The position numbers and the translations under genes are program-made. Positions 45,348 to 55,462 of a stretch of 64,000 nt of DNA are shown in pieces. Position 1 is the stretch's first letter. Every line of letters starts with the position of its first letter. Source of the DNA: a virus (Duplodnaviria > Caudoviricetes); the IMG/VR virus record IMGVR_UViG_3300029705_000042; one strand, written 5' to 3'. The notes beneath the pieces were generated by a model, which did not search any database, was not told where the DNA came from, and worked only from the letters and a program-made list of their open reading frames with translations.

Positions 45348-46346
45348 ATGTATGAACAAATGAGAAATGATTTTTTAGTAGCGCTTTCGAGTGAAGAAAA
45401 GGTTGATATTACTACGACATTAAGAATTTTAGACCAAGTAATAATGAATTATGATGTAAGATTGAAGGAAGCGGACTTGGATACTTACGAAGGGGAATTG
45501 CCAGAAATTGCGAAGACTTATTTGATTTGCAAAAAAATGACAGGATTATCTAACGGAACATTGGAAAATTATAGAATAATTTTAAATGTATTCTTTAAGA
45601 AGGTTAAAAAGTTACCGCAATTTATTACAGCAAATGAAATAAGAGAATTTCTTTATACATATCAAGAACAAAAAAGTGTGTCGCATCGCACTATTGATAA
45701 ATATAGAGAGTATATTACAAGGTTCTTCGCTTGGGCATATAACGAGGGGTATATTTCAGATAATCCTGCAAGAAACATAGCGGCGATTAAATATGAAGAG
45801 AAGCCACGAGAGGCATTAACACAAGTGGAGTTGGAATATTTGAGAATGGCTTGTGAAACGGTGCGTGAACGAGCGATTATAGAATTTTTATATAGCACTG
45901 GCGCAAGGGTGTCGGAACTAATAGTTATTAAAAAATCTGATGTAAATTGGTATGAAAAATCTGTACACTTATTTGGTAAAGGAAGAAAACATAGAATTAG
46001 TTTTCTGAATGCTAAAGCTGAAGTTGCGTTAATAAAGTATCTTGAATCTAGAGATGATGATTGTGAATATTTATTTGTTTCTATGAAGAAACCATATCAA
46101 AATCTTAGCAAAGATGGGATTGAAAAGATTGTGCGCAATATTGCGCACAGAGCATCAAATAATATTGGGAAGCATATTACACCACATATTTTAAGGCATA
46201 CTACAGCAACAATGGCATTGCAAAGCGGAATGCCAATTGCCGACATTAGTAAATTGCTTGGTCATGAGAGCATTGATACGACAATGATATATGCGAAATC
46301 ATCAATTGAAGATGTGCGCTCAGGACATAAGAAACATATTATTTAG
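45348..46346 (+). CDS. Tyrosine recombinase (XerC/D-like), candidate invertase
   Basis: SAM-like N-terminus; catalytic R (TGARVSEL), K (GKGRK), HxxR (HILRH), H (LGH), Y (TMIYA); RBS GGAGG. Confidence 0.92.
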   Translation: MYEQMRNDFLVALSSEEKVDITTTLRILDQVIMNYDVRLKEADLDTYEGELPEIAKTYLICKKMTGLSNGTLENYRIILNVFFKKVKKLPQFITANEIREFLYTYQEQKSVSHRTIDKYREYITRFFAWAYNEGYISDNPARNIAAIKYEEKPREALTQVELEYLRMACETVRERAIIEFLYSTGARVSELIVIKKSDVNWYEKSVHLFGKGRKHRISFLNAKAEVALIKYLESRDDDCEYLFVSMKKPYQNLSKDGIEKIVRNIAHRASNNIGKHITPHILRHTTATMALQSGMPIADISKLLGHESIDTTMIYAKSSIEDVRSGHKKHII

Positions 46347-46375
46347 TAAGCGATAAGGTTATCTTATCGCTTGTT
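46347..46375 (+). terminator. Hairpin after the recombinase
   Basis: AAGCGATAAG-GTTAT-CTTATCGCTT. Confidence 0.55.
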
Positions 46376-46474
46376 AATAACTAATAAAGATATAATAAAT
46401 AAAAAAACATTAAATATTAAGTTACATGAATTGTTTGATAAAAGAAATAAATTTTAGAAAGGAGATATGTTAAA

Positions 46475-47710
46475 TTGATTACACAAAACTTATCGACTTT
46501 AAAAATAAATAAAATGACTCAGGAACAATATGACCGTGAACTTGGCGCTGGCAATATTAGCGAAACGGAGTTGTATTTGGTTCCCGATGAATCTATTGAT
46601 TTAAGCGGTTTTATAAGTGCATCCAATCCCGTTGGTACGGGCTCTCTTAGTATCAACAGAGATAGCGATACAGAAATTGGCAATTATTCATCGGCAGTTG
46701 GATATAATGTAGCTGCCATTGGTGAAAGTTCTCACGCTGAGGGTGGAGGCACAACTGCCTCAGGTGACGCATCTCATGCTGAAGGTGGCGAGACGACAGC
46801 TTCTGGTTACTGTTCTCATTCCGAAGGCAATGTTACCGAGGCTTCTGGCGACTATGCACATGCAGAAGGTTTTGGTGCAGTTGCTTCTGGGGAAGGTTCG
46901 CATTCTGAAGGCGGTGCTACTGTGGCATCTGGACAATTTTCTCACGCAGAAGGTGGCAACACAACAGCTTCGGGCATTGCTTCTCACGCTGAGGGTTGCT
47001 ATACTACAGCATTAAATTATCAACATGCGCAAGGACATTACAATGACACATCTAAAGCCGCAGCATACACCATCAGTGGTACAAGCGCTGGCACGGCTTT
47101 TGTAATAGGAAATGGAACATCTGCTACTAAATCCAATGCATTTAGAGTAACTGGACTTGGGCAAGTTATTGGTAAATCCGCATATCAGTCGACTGGTGCT
47201 GACTATGCTGAGTTCTTTGAATGGGCAGACCAAAACTTAAACAACGAGGATAGAGTTGGATATTTTGTCACATTTGACAATGGTAGATATATTCGCAAGG
47301 CAAGAGAAGGCGATTATATTTTAGGAGTTGTTAGTGGAAATCCATGTGTACTTGGAAACAATGATGAATGTTGGTTGGGGCAGTATGAAATGGACGAATG
47401 GGGACGATTTGTTTATGAAGATGTTGAAGAAATCGACAAAGAGACTGGCGAAACCCAAAAATATTCATTTTATAAAGTAAATCCTAATTACGATAAAGAT
47501 AGAGAATATACACATAGGCAAGACCGCTCTGAATGGGATGCAATTGGACTGATGGGTGTCTTATCTGTTCGTGATGACGGGACTTGTGAAATAGATGGCT
47601 ATTGTAAGTGTACTGACGAAGGTGTTGCAACCGCAACAGAAAGAGGATTTGACACTTATAGGGTCATTGAAAGGGTGAATGAAAATATCGTGAAGGTCGT
47701 ATTAAAATGA
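46475..47710 (+). CDS. Tail spike/fibre with 14-aa beta-roll repeats and C-terminal peptidase G2-like intramolecular chaperone
   Basis: About 8x SHAEG..T.ASG; ADYAEFFEW...VGYFVT...ILGVVS...R.EWDAIGLMG. Confidence 0.8.
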   Translation: MITQNLSTLKINKMTQEQYDRELGAGNISETELYLVPDESIDLSGFISASNPVGTGSLSINRDSDTEIGNYSSAVGYNVAAIGESSHAEGGGTTASGDASHAEGGETTASGYCSHSEGNVTEASGDYAHAEGFGAVASGEGSHSEGGATVASGQFSHAEGGNTTASGIASHAEGCYTTALNYQHAQGHYNDTSKAAAYTISGTSAGTAFVIGNGTSATKSNAFRVTGLGQVIGKSAYQSTGADYAEFFEWADQNLNNEDRVGYFVTFDNGRYIRKAREGDYILGVVSGNPCVLGNNDECWLGQYEMDEWGRFVYEDVEEIDKETGETQKYSFYKVNPNYDKDREYTHRQDRSEWDAIGLMGVLSVRDDGTCEIDGYCKCTDEGVATATERGFDTYRVIERVNENIVKVVLK

Positions 47711-47752
47711 CCTTCACGCATTATAAAATATTATTGAAAGGTGGTTTTTCTT

Positions 47753-50194
47753 ATGTATTATTACGCAATAATTGACACAACAACAGGCATTTGTACCTTT
47801 GTCTACGAAAGCGAAACAGAGATTATTTCTCCAGACCATATTCCGCTTGATGAACTTGATACTTCTTTAATGTTTAGAAAGAAGTATGAAAATGGCGTAT
47901 GGGTTGATACTACACCTGAAGAGGCAATGCAGTACAATGGAATGCATGTTGCTATTTTTGGGCGGTGGTTAGACGAAGTTCTAAATGACAAATCCGAAAT
48001 AGACCACACTCACACAGAATATGCGGCATCAAACCATACTCATGATAGTTATGTCTCGTCTGATGATTTGGCATTGTTAGAGGATGTTGTTGATACAAAA
48101 GCTGACGCATCTCATACTCACGACGACTACGCCTTGGCTTCTCATACTCATAGCGAATATGCAGAAACAACACATACGCATAATAACTATGCTGAAACAG
48201 CCCATACTCATGATGATTACTCGTTGACCACCCACTCTCATACTGCTTCGGAAATAGGTGCGGCATCAAGCGACCATAATCATAATGATGATTATGCTGA
48301 TATAAACCACAATCACGATAGCGCATATTCAACTGTTGGTCACAACCACGATACAATTTATTCTATGGTTGACCACTCTCATACGAATTATGCAACAGTG
48401 ACCGCTTTTGATACCCTCGAAGATACAGTCAGCGGCAAAGCAGATATAAGTCATACACACACGGATTATGCTCTTGTATCACATAATCATAGCGAATACT
48501 CTCCTGCATCTCATGACCACGACGAAGATTATGCGGCACTTTCGCATTCGCATATAGACTATGCAACCACATCTGCTTTAAGTGAACTTTCCACGACTGT
48601 TGCTAACAAAGCAGACTCTTCCCATACACATATTGGCGTATATGACGAGAGTGGTGCCGCCGCAAGCGCTTTGTCGTCTGCCAATGCTTATACAGATGCT
48701 AAAATTGATGCTTTGGTTGGTGAAGGTGCAAGTGATACTCTTAATAGTATTGGTGAAATTTCGTCTGCTATCGAAGATAATCAAGATGCGATTGACCTTC
48801 TTAATGCGGCTATTGCAAACAAGGCTAATGTTGTTGATTTAAATTCTCACGCAAGTGATACAGAACTCCATATTACAGATGCCGAAAGAAACATTTGGAA
48901 CGCTAAATCAGATTTCTCAGGCAATTACAACGACTTAACCAATAAGCCTAACATTCCTTCAATTGACGGATTGGCTACTGAAACTTATGTAGATACACAG
49001 ATTAGTGCAATTGACATTCCCTCCGCTCTTTCTGATTTAACTACAGATTCTGCTCATAGACTTGTAACAGATACCGAAAAAGCGACTTGGAATGCAAAGT
49101 CTAATTTTAGTGGTAGTTATAATGATTTAACCGACAAACCCTCTATTCCCTCGATTTCTGGTCTTGCTACTGAGGCTTATGTTGACGAGGCAGTAAGCAC
49201 TAAGGCTAACAACAATCATAATCATAATGATGTTTATTATACTGAAACAGAAGTAGATTCTCTTCTTTCTGCAAAATCTAATTCCTCTCATAATCACGAT
49301 TCTTCTTATGATGCATTAGGCACCGCCGAAGCAAAGGCTAATGCAGTTCAAGCTAATTTAGATGTAGTAAGTGAAGATTTAGCAGAGCACATTGATAACG
49401 CTGATATTCATTTTACTGCTGCTGAAAGAACTAAATTAAGTGGTATTGCTGCTAATGCGAACAATTACACTCATCCTAATTCTGGTATTACTGCTGGAAC
49501 ATATAAGAGTGTAACAGTAAATGCTCAGGGTCATATCACTGCTGGTACCAATCCTACTACTCTTGCGGGTTATGGCATTACTGATGCTGAGTCTAAAGGT
49601 GCTGCAAATAGCGCTCTCGTTTCCGCAAAAGCATATACAGATGCTGAAATCGACACATTAAACGAAGCAGTTGCGATTAAGGCTAACGCTTCGGATTTAA
49701 GTTCTCATACTGGTAATACAACTGCTCATATTACAAGCACAGAGAGAACCAATTGGAATGCGGCAAAAACTCACGCAGACTCTGCACATGCGCCCTCTAA
49801 TGCAGAACCCAACCAGAATGCTTTTAGTAATGTGGTAGTTGGTTCAACGACTATTTCTGCTGATTCGAAGACTGATACTCTTACTCTTGTAGCTGGTAAT
49901 AATGTAACAATTACTCCTGATTCTACTGGTGACAGCATCACAATTTCGTCGGCTAATACAGTTTATACGCATCCTACCACTGCTGGTAACAAACATATTC
50001 CTGCTGGTGGTTCGAGCGGTCAGATTCTTCGTTGGGCTTCTGACGGCACTGCTGTTTGGGGAAATGACAATAATACTACTTACTCTAATGCAACACAGAC
50101 TTCTTCTGGTCTTATGAGCGACACAGATAAGACTAAATTAGATGGAATTGCAGAAATTACATCGACAGAAATTCGCACTCTTTTTGCAAATTAA
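47753..50194 (+). CDS. His-rich tail fibre protein
   Basis: Many H-x-H 11-aa repeats; FSG.YNDLT.KP.IPSI repeats; GTYKSVTVNAQGHITAG. Confidence 0.75.
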   Translation: MYYYAIIDTTTGICTFVYESETEIISPDHIPLDELDTSLMFRKKYENGVWVDTTPEEAMQYNGMHVAIFGRWLDEVLNDKSEIDHTHTEYAASNHTHDSYVSSDDLALLEDVVDTKADASHTHDDYALASHTHSEYAETTHTHNNYAETAHTHDDYSLTTHSHTASEIGAASSDHNHNDDYADINHNHDSAYSTVGHNHDTIYSMVDHSHTNYATVTAFDTLEDTVSGKADISHTHTDYALVSHNHSEYSPASHDHDEDYAALSHSHIDYATTSALSELSTTVANKADSSHTHIGVYDESGAAASALSSANAYTDAKIDALVGEGASDTLNSIGEISSAIEDNQDAIDLLNAAIANKANVVDLNSHASDTELHITDAERNIWNAKSDFSGNYNDLTNKPNIPSIDGLATETYVDTQISAIDIPSALSDLTTDSAHRLVTDTEKATWNAKSNFSGSYNDLTDKPSIPSISGLATEAYVDEAVSTKANNNHNHNDVYYTETEVDSLLSAKSNSSHNHDSSYDALGTAEAKANAVQANLDVVSEDLAEHIDNADIHFTAAERTKLSGIAANANNYTHPNSGITAGTYKSVTVNAQGHITAGTNPTTLAGYGITDAESKGAANSALVSAKAYTDAEIDTLNEAVAIKANASDLSSHTGNTTAHITSTERTNWNAAKTHADSAHAPSNAEPNQNAFSNVVVGSTTISADSKTDTLTLVAGNNVTITPDSTGDSITISSANTVYTHPTTAGNKHIPAGGSSGQILRWASDGTAVWGNDNNTTYSNATQTSSGLMSDTDKTKLDGIAEITSTEIRTLFAN

Positions 50195-50237
50195 AACAAG
50201 AATAATTTAAATTAAGAATCTTCTTAAGGATAAATAA

Positions 50238-50462
50238 ATGAAAAATAATAAAATGTACAAACAAATATTTTCACTTAAACTTGCAGGATATCTTATGATG
50301 AACGGTATTCCAATTAAAAGAATTCATCATAATTTAAAAATAAAAAATAAAGATGTTTATTTATTTGAGGATACGCCTGAATTAACAAAGTCTATGTTGA
50401 AATACAAAGAAATTATAGCGGACAAAGGAGAACAATATGCCAATTTTAACAAAAGAAGTTGA
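50238..50462 (+). CDS. Small DUF5659-like protein
   Basis: IFSLKLAGYLMMNG....I..N......VYLFEDTPEL. Confidence 0.55.
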   Translation: MKNNKMYKQIFSLKLAGYLMMNGIPIKRIHHNLKIKNKDVYLFEDTPELTKSMLKYKEIIADKGEQYANFNKRS

Positions 50463-51606
50463 GGTTATACCTATTGGAAAATCAATTTCACATTATAAAA
50501 GTTTAGGATATGATGCAAAATATCGTCATCCTTTAATTGTAAAAGTTGAAGATTTGTCTAAACGAAGCGATGTAAAAATAGAAGTGTTGTGCGATATATG
50601 TAATAAAAATAAAATGATGGTTAGATATGCGGATTATACAACTACAATCGAAAAGACTGGATGCTATTCCTGTAAAGAATGTAGTGCCATCAAAATTGCT
50701 CAAACGAACTTAAAAAGATATGGAGTTCGAAATCCTCTTCAAAACAATGTTTTTAAAGAGAAGTCAAGGCAAACTTGTATAAATTTTTATGGGGTTGATA
50801 AACCATTAAAACTAAAAGAATTCCAAGAAAAGATGAAACAAACATGTTTAGAAAGATATGGGGTTGAATATGCTTCTCAGTCTAAAGAGATTCAAGAAAA
50901 AATCAAACAAACATGTTTAGAAAAATACGGCGTTGAAAACGCTGGAATGTCTAAGAAATCCAAGGAAAAACAATTAAAAACATTTCGTGAACGATACGGC
51001 GTTGACAATCCAATGGAACTTCAAAAAATTAAAGATAAAATAGCAAATATTTTCAATGAACGATATGGAGTAGATAATCCGTTTAAATCGCCAGAAATCA
51101 GAGAAAATATTTCTAAGTCATACTATCAAAACGGCACTCAAAAAACATCAAAGCAACAATTATATTTGTATAATTTATATGGTGGCGAATTAAACTACCC
51201 TATTAAATATTATGATGCAGATATTTGTTTACCAAATGAACGCATTATTATAGAATTTGATGGTTCTGGGCACGATTTGAATGTCAAATACGGACGATTA
51301 ACACGAGAAGAATTCAATCAAAAAGAGATTATTCGTAATTGCGTTATTAAAAGAGAAGGTTATAAGCAAATAAGAATAATCTCAAAAACCGACAAACTTC
51401 CAAATGACGAAACTTTACTTCGAATGTTAGATGAAGCAAAAATTTATTTTACAACAACTAATCATACTTGGGTAAATTATGATATTGATAATTCAAGGAT
51501 GATAAATGCAGAAAACAAATGTGCGAATGGCGTTTTTTATAATTATGGCAATTTGTACAATGTAAAAGGTCATAAAACTATAAAGGAGGTTTCATATGGA
51601 AACTAA
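50437..51606 (+). CDS. Free-standing putative homing endonuclease (ERYGVEN repeats + Vsr-like domain)
   Basis: About 6 repeats of KQTCLERYGVE; C-terminal DADICL....IIEFDGSGH; overlaps both neighbours. Confidence 0.7.
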   Translation: MPILTKEVEVIPIGKSISHYKSLGYDAKYRHPLIVKVEDLSKRSDVKIEVLCDICNKNKMMVRYADYTTTIEKTGCYSCKECSAIKIAQTNLKRYGVRNPLQNNVFKEKSRQTCINFYGVDKPLKLKEFQEKMKQTCLERYGVEYASQSKEIQEKIKQTCLEKYGVENAGMSKKSKEKQLKTFRERYGVDNPMELQKIKDKIANIFNERYGVDNPFKSPEIRENISKSYYQNGTQKTSKQQLYLYNLYGGELNYPIKYYDADICLPNERIIIEFDGSGHDLNVKYGRLTREEFNQKEIIRNCVIKREGYKQIRIISKTDKLPNDETLLRMLDEAKIYFTTTNHTWVNYDIDNSRMINAENKCANGVFYNYGNLYNVKGHKTIKEVSYGN

Positions 51607-52696
51607 AATTTTTACAAATGAAAGCCTGACAACTCTTGTTGATGAAATTAAAAAATATACAAATAACGCTGTCTCTACGAAAGCGAATATTTCCCACAAT
51701 CACACTATCTCTAATGTCGATGGTTTACAAAGTGCCTTAGACAGCAAGGCGGTAAGTGGTCACGACCACAATGATACTTATTATACTGAGACAGAAGTTG
51801 ATACTCTGCTTTCTGGCAAGGCTAATTCAAGCCACACTCATACTATTGCTAATATTACAAACCTTCAGACTACATTAGATGGTAAAGCCAACACGAGCCA
51901 CGGTACTCATGTATCTTATTCGACAACTACTCCTGTTATGGATGGTACTGCAAGTGTTGGTACCGCTTCTACTGTTGCTCGTTCCGACCATAAGCATCCT
52001 ACCGATACTTCTCGTGCGGCACAGACAAGTTTAGATTCTCATACATCTAATAAATCGAACCCTCACGGCGTTACACTTGCACAATTGGGTGTCACGGCTA
52101 CGGCTGCCGAGTTAAATGCATTAGATGGTATTACTGCGACAGTTACCGAGCTCAATTATGTTGATGGAGTAACTTCTAATATTCAGACACAGTTAAATAG
52201 CAAAGCTGCAAGTTCACATAATCATGCTGCTACAAATATTACATCTGGAACTCTGTCTTCGGATAGATTACCTACCGTTCCGATTTCTAAGGGTGGTACT
52301 GGTGCAACAACGGCAACAGCAGCTTTGACTAATTTAGGAATTACCGCGACTGCTACTGAACTTAACTATGTAGATGGTGTTACATCTAATGTACAGACTC
52401 AGTTGAATAATAAAATGGACAAGACTCCGACCAGTATTGAGTTAAATCAGAGCGGTTCACTCAAAGGTTATGGTGGTTTTATTGATTTTCATTATTATGA
52501 TGCGAATGGCAATGCAAGTACCAATACCGATTATTCCTCTCGCATTATTGAAAGTGGTGACGGAACTATATCTGTTAACGATGTAACATTTAAACGAGGT
52601 GACAAAATGGTTACGGCAACTACATTTAATGGAACAACATTCTCTGGCAGTGGAGTAGCCACTGTTTCTGAAGTAGAAACATATCTTGGTATTTAA
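51596..52696 (+). CDS. Tail fibre protein with HxH and ELNYVDGVTSNIQTQL repeats
   Basis: H.HTI.N...LQ..LD.KA repeats; PISKGGTGATT; GGFIDFH. Confidence 0.75.
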   Translation: METKIFTNESLTTLVDEIKKYTNNAVSTKANISHNHTISNVDGLQSALDSKAVSGHDHNDTYYTETEVDTLLSGKANSSHTHTIANITNLQTTLDGKANTSHGTHVSYSTTTPVMDGTASVGTASTVARSDHKHPTDTSRAAQTSLDSHTSNKSNPHGVTLAQLGVTATAAELNALDGITATVTELNYVDGVTSNIQTQLNSKAASSHNHAATNITSGTLSSDRLPTVPISKGGTGATTATAALTNLGITATATELNYVDGVTSNVQTQLNNKMDKTPTSIELNQSGSLKGYGGFIDFHYYDANGNASTNTDYSSRIIESGDGTISVNDVTFKRGDKMVTATTFNGTTFSGSGVATVSEVETYLGI

Positions 52697-52715
52697 TAGA
52701 AAGGGGAAATGAATT

Positions 52716-52943
52716 ATGGCGGCAGTAAAAGACAAAATTGTTACAGTCGAATCGTTAGCGGCTGTACACACACATAATCAAGACACATATATGACTAAAT
52801 CTGACCCTACTGGTGTTGGCACTATGACAATGACTGGTGGTGGTAATTTTTCTGGTATTGTCAATGTTGGTTCTTTAAAAATAGGTGGTGCAACACTTGA
52901 ATATGATTCAACAGATGGTGTTCTCAAAATTACATTTGCTTAA
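52716..52943 (+). CDS. Small tail-associated protein
   Basis: RBS AAGGGG; 75 aa. Confidence 0.6.
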   Translation: MAAVKDKIVTVESLAAVHTHNQDTYMTKSDPTGVGTMTMTGGGNFSGIVNVGSLKIGGATLEYDSTDGVLKITFA

Positions 52944-52966
52944 TAATGCTTGGAGGTGATTGATTT

Positions 52967-54487
52967 ATGGCAGCACCAAGCGGAATTGTTTGGGGTGGTA
53001 TTGTTGGCGGTTATGGGCGTATTGGTATATATGTTAAACTGACTAATACAAATACTCAAACGACAAGACATACCGAAGTGTGGTTTTGGAGTAAATATTC
53101 GGTAGACGACTCTAATAACACACTTTATTATAATGACAATGCAACAAGTGCAACTACATCTGTAGGGGCAGTAAATATTAATACAACCGTTGCTTCTGGT
53201 AGTGGATGGTCTACTTCGAACCAAGTTAAATTAAAAGAATACGATTATACATTTACGAGAGGAACAAGTTCTTCTAAACGATATGTAGCTGCTAAACTCA
53301 CGAACATTGATAGAGTTGGCGGCACAATGACCGTTAATACAAGTTATACTATTCCTGCTTTGACAAAGTACACAGTATCTTATAATGCTAATGGCGGCAG
53401 TGGAGCACCTGCTTCTCAGTCGAAATATTATGGAAAGACCTTGACGCTATCCAAAACAAAACCAACTCGTACAGGATATACGTTTAAAGGGTGGGCGACC
53501 TCTGCAAGTGGGAGTGTAGCTTATGCATCAGGTGCAAGTTATACAGCAAATGCTAATGTTACGCTTTACGCTGTATGGCAAGCAGTTACATATACCGTTA
53601 AGTATAATGCTAATGGTGGCACGGGTGCTCCGTCTAATCAGACAAAAACTCATGGTGTTACATTAACGCTTTCTTCTACAAAACCGACAAGGGCTTCTAT
53701 GATTGAAGATGGCGTAACGACAACATATACATTTAAAGGTTGGGCAACAAGCTCTACTGCGACAACTGTTTCGTATACTGCTGGAGCTAAATATACGGCT
53801 AATGCATCTGTAACTTTATATGCGGTATGGAGTACGGCAACAACAATTACTGAATATGATGTAACTTACAATACCAATGGTGGTACTGTAGTTAATTCGC
53901 AGATTAAACAGAAAAATGTAACACTTAAATTAAGAACTACAATTCCCACTAAGAATGGATATACTTTTGCAGGTTGGGGTCTTTCGGAAGATACTACAAC
54001 GGTTAGCTATGCAGCAGGAGCAAATTACACGGCTAATGCCGATATTGTATTATATGCAATTTGGACACCTTGGACACATACAGTTAACTTTAATATAAAT
54101 GGTGGAACTGGCACTGTTCCATCAAGTTTTACTAAAACAACTGATGTTGATGTAATGATTCCAGAAGCCAATATTTCAAAAGCAAATTGTGTTTTTAAAT
54201 GCTGGTCTACAAGCGCAACGGGCTCAGGTGGTACAAACTATTATATTGGCGACGCATATGACGCTACTAAAAACGGTGGTTCTGTAACTTTATATGCTAT
54301 TTGGAAGGAAAAGAAAATCTTAATTTATAAAGCTACTAAGAGTTGTGAAGCTGTTGAATTTGTAGAAACCGATGAAGTGGTTGGTTTTGAAAATACAGGT
54401 ACGGTATATGCTTCTGAATTCATAGAAGATGATAGCTTAATTTTAGGTAATTCAAGTTTTCATTTTGGAGAAATAATTGAAAGATAA
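52967..54487 (+). CDS. InlB-B/Flg_new repeat protein (4 repeats), probable tail adhesin
   Basis: Y.V.YNANGG.GAP..Q.K.....LTLS..KPTR.GYTFKGW...Y..NA..TLYAVW x4. Confidence 0.8.
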   Translation: MAAPSGIVWGGIVGGYGRIGIYVKLTNTNTQTTRHTEVWFWSKYSVDDSNNTLYYNDNATSATTSVGAVNINTTVASGSGWSTSNQVKLKEYDYTFTRGTSSSKRYVAAKLTNIDRVGGTMTVNTSYTIPALTKYTVSYNANGGSGAPASQSKYYGKTLTLSKTKPTRTGYTFKGWATSASGSVAYASGASYTANANVTLYAVWQAVTYTVKYNANGGTGAPSNQTKTHGVTLTLSSTKPTRASMIEDGVTTTYTFKGWATSSTATTVSYTAGAKYTANASVTLYAVWSTATTITEYDVTYNTNGGTVVNSQIKQKNVTLKLRTTIPTKNGYTFAGWGLSEDTTTVSYAAGANYTANADIVLYAIWTPWTHTVNFNINGGTGTVPSSFTKTTDVDVMIPEANISKANCVFKCWSTSATGSGGTNYYIGDAYDATKNGGSVTLYAIWKEKKILIYKATKSCEAVEFVETDEVVGFENTGTVYASEFIEDDSLILGNSSFHFGEIIER

Positions 54488-54502
54488 GAAAGGTGGTTTA
54501 AT

Positions 54503-55090
54503 ATGGCACAACTTAAAGATACAACAATTGATGGCGTATTAGAGGTTTCCGATAAAATTATTATAGACACTGGCAAAGATATAGCTGGTATTCATCCTAC
54601 AACTGGAGAGGCTCAGAGCTTGATTAGCATGAGTTCGTCTGGCAATACTATAGTTGGTTATCACGGTTACGCCAATAGAAATGGTAATGCACATATTTAC
54701 GGCGAAGATGTGCTTCATTGTATTGCATCGGCTGGAAATACAAGTTATCGCCCCTATTATCGTGCTGGCGATAGCGTAAGTCTTAACTTTAGAGGTTCAG
54801 GTTATGTTACTAATTCAAGTCAAGATGTAACCTTTTTAGTTCCTTTTGCTTCTCAAATCATAGGAAATCCTACAGTTACCGCAAGTAGTGTGAGTGGACT
54901 TACTTTACGACAGGGTAGCAAATATACACACGGCTCAACTGCATCTACACCAGTAAGCCCTAATAGCTATACTACAATTTTAATCAAAGATGTTGGGGTT
55001 GTTGTAACGGCGAAATTTTCTACAACTACAAATGCGACAAACAATGACGCAACTGGCGTTTATTGGAGTGGCACTATAACATTCTCGTAA
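54503..55090 (+). CDS. Tail fibre tip-like beta protein
   Basis: MAQLKDTTIDG N-terminus; Ser/Thr/Gly-rich beta character. Confidence 0.6.
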   Translation: MAQLKDTTIDGVLEVSDKIIIDTGKDIAGIHPTTGEAQSLISMSSSGNTIVGYHGYANRNGNAHIYGEDVLHCIASAGNTSYRPYYRAGDSVSLNFRGSGYVTNSSQDVTFLVPFASQIIGNPTVTASSVSGLTLRQGSKYTHGSTASTPVSPNSYTTILIKDVGVVVTAKFSTTTNATNNDATGVYWSGTITFS

Positions 55091-55135
55091 GAAAAATATA
55101 AAAAAATAAATTTATAGAATAAAGGAGATATAGAT

Positions 55136-55408
55136 ATGGCACTTTATAAGGAAATTAGACAGGAAGATGGAGTTAGAACTAATTATCATCGCATTTTATT
55201 TGTTCAGCAGACAGTGAACAAGCAGAACTCTATTGCTGTTTTATCTTATACGGATGAAGAAGCAAGGCAGTTTGAACAGAACGCAGAATATCAGCCTTAT
55301 CGAAAATCAGTAACATACGAAGTCGCATATAATCCAACAATGACGGTTGAAGATGCTTATGCATATTTAAAGACATTAGATGTATTTGTTGGGGCGACAG
55401 ATTGTTAA
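55136..55408 (+). CDS. Small tail-associated (chaperone-like) protein
   Basis: MAL.K....GV..NYHRI...AYAYLKTL..F.GA.D pattern at the end of the fibre module. Confidence 0.6.
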   Translation: MALYKEIRQEDGVRTNYHRILFVQQTVNKQNSIAVLSYTDEEARQFEQNAEYQPYRKSVTYEVAYNPTMTVEDAYAYLKTLDVFVGATDC

Positions 55409-55427
55409 AATTATAAATATATAAATT

Positions 55428-55457
55428 AAGGACACTTTTTGGTGTCCTTTTTTTTAC
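55428..55457 (+). terminator. Intrinsic terminator ending the tail module
   Basis: AAGGACAC-TTTTTG-GTGTCCTT + T run. Confidence 0.75.
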
Positions 55458-55462
55458 GATTT

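Noticed and set aside
45348-46346. Tyrosine recombinase as the phage integrase
   Set aside because: A serine integrase with an attP-like site is present, and this gene abuts an in-frame inverted repeat, which fits an invertase better
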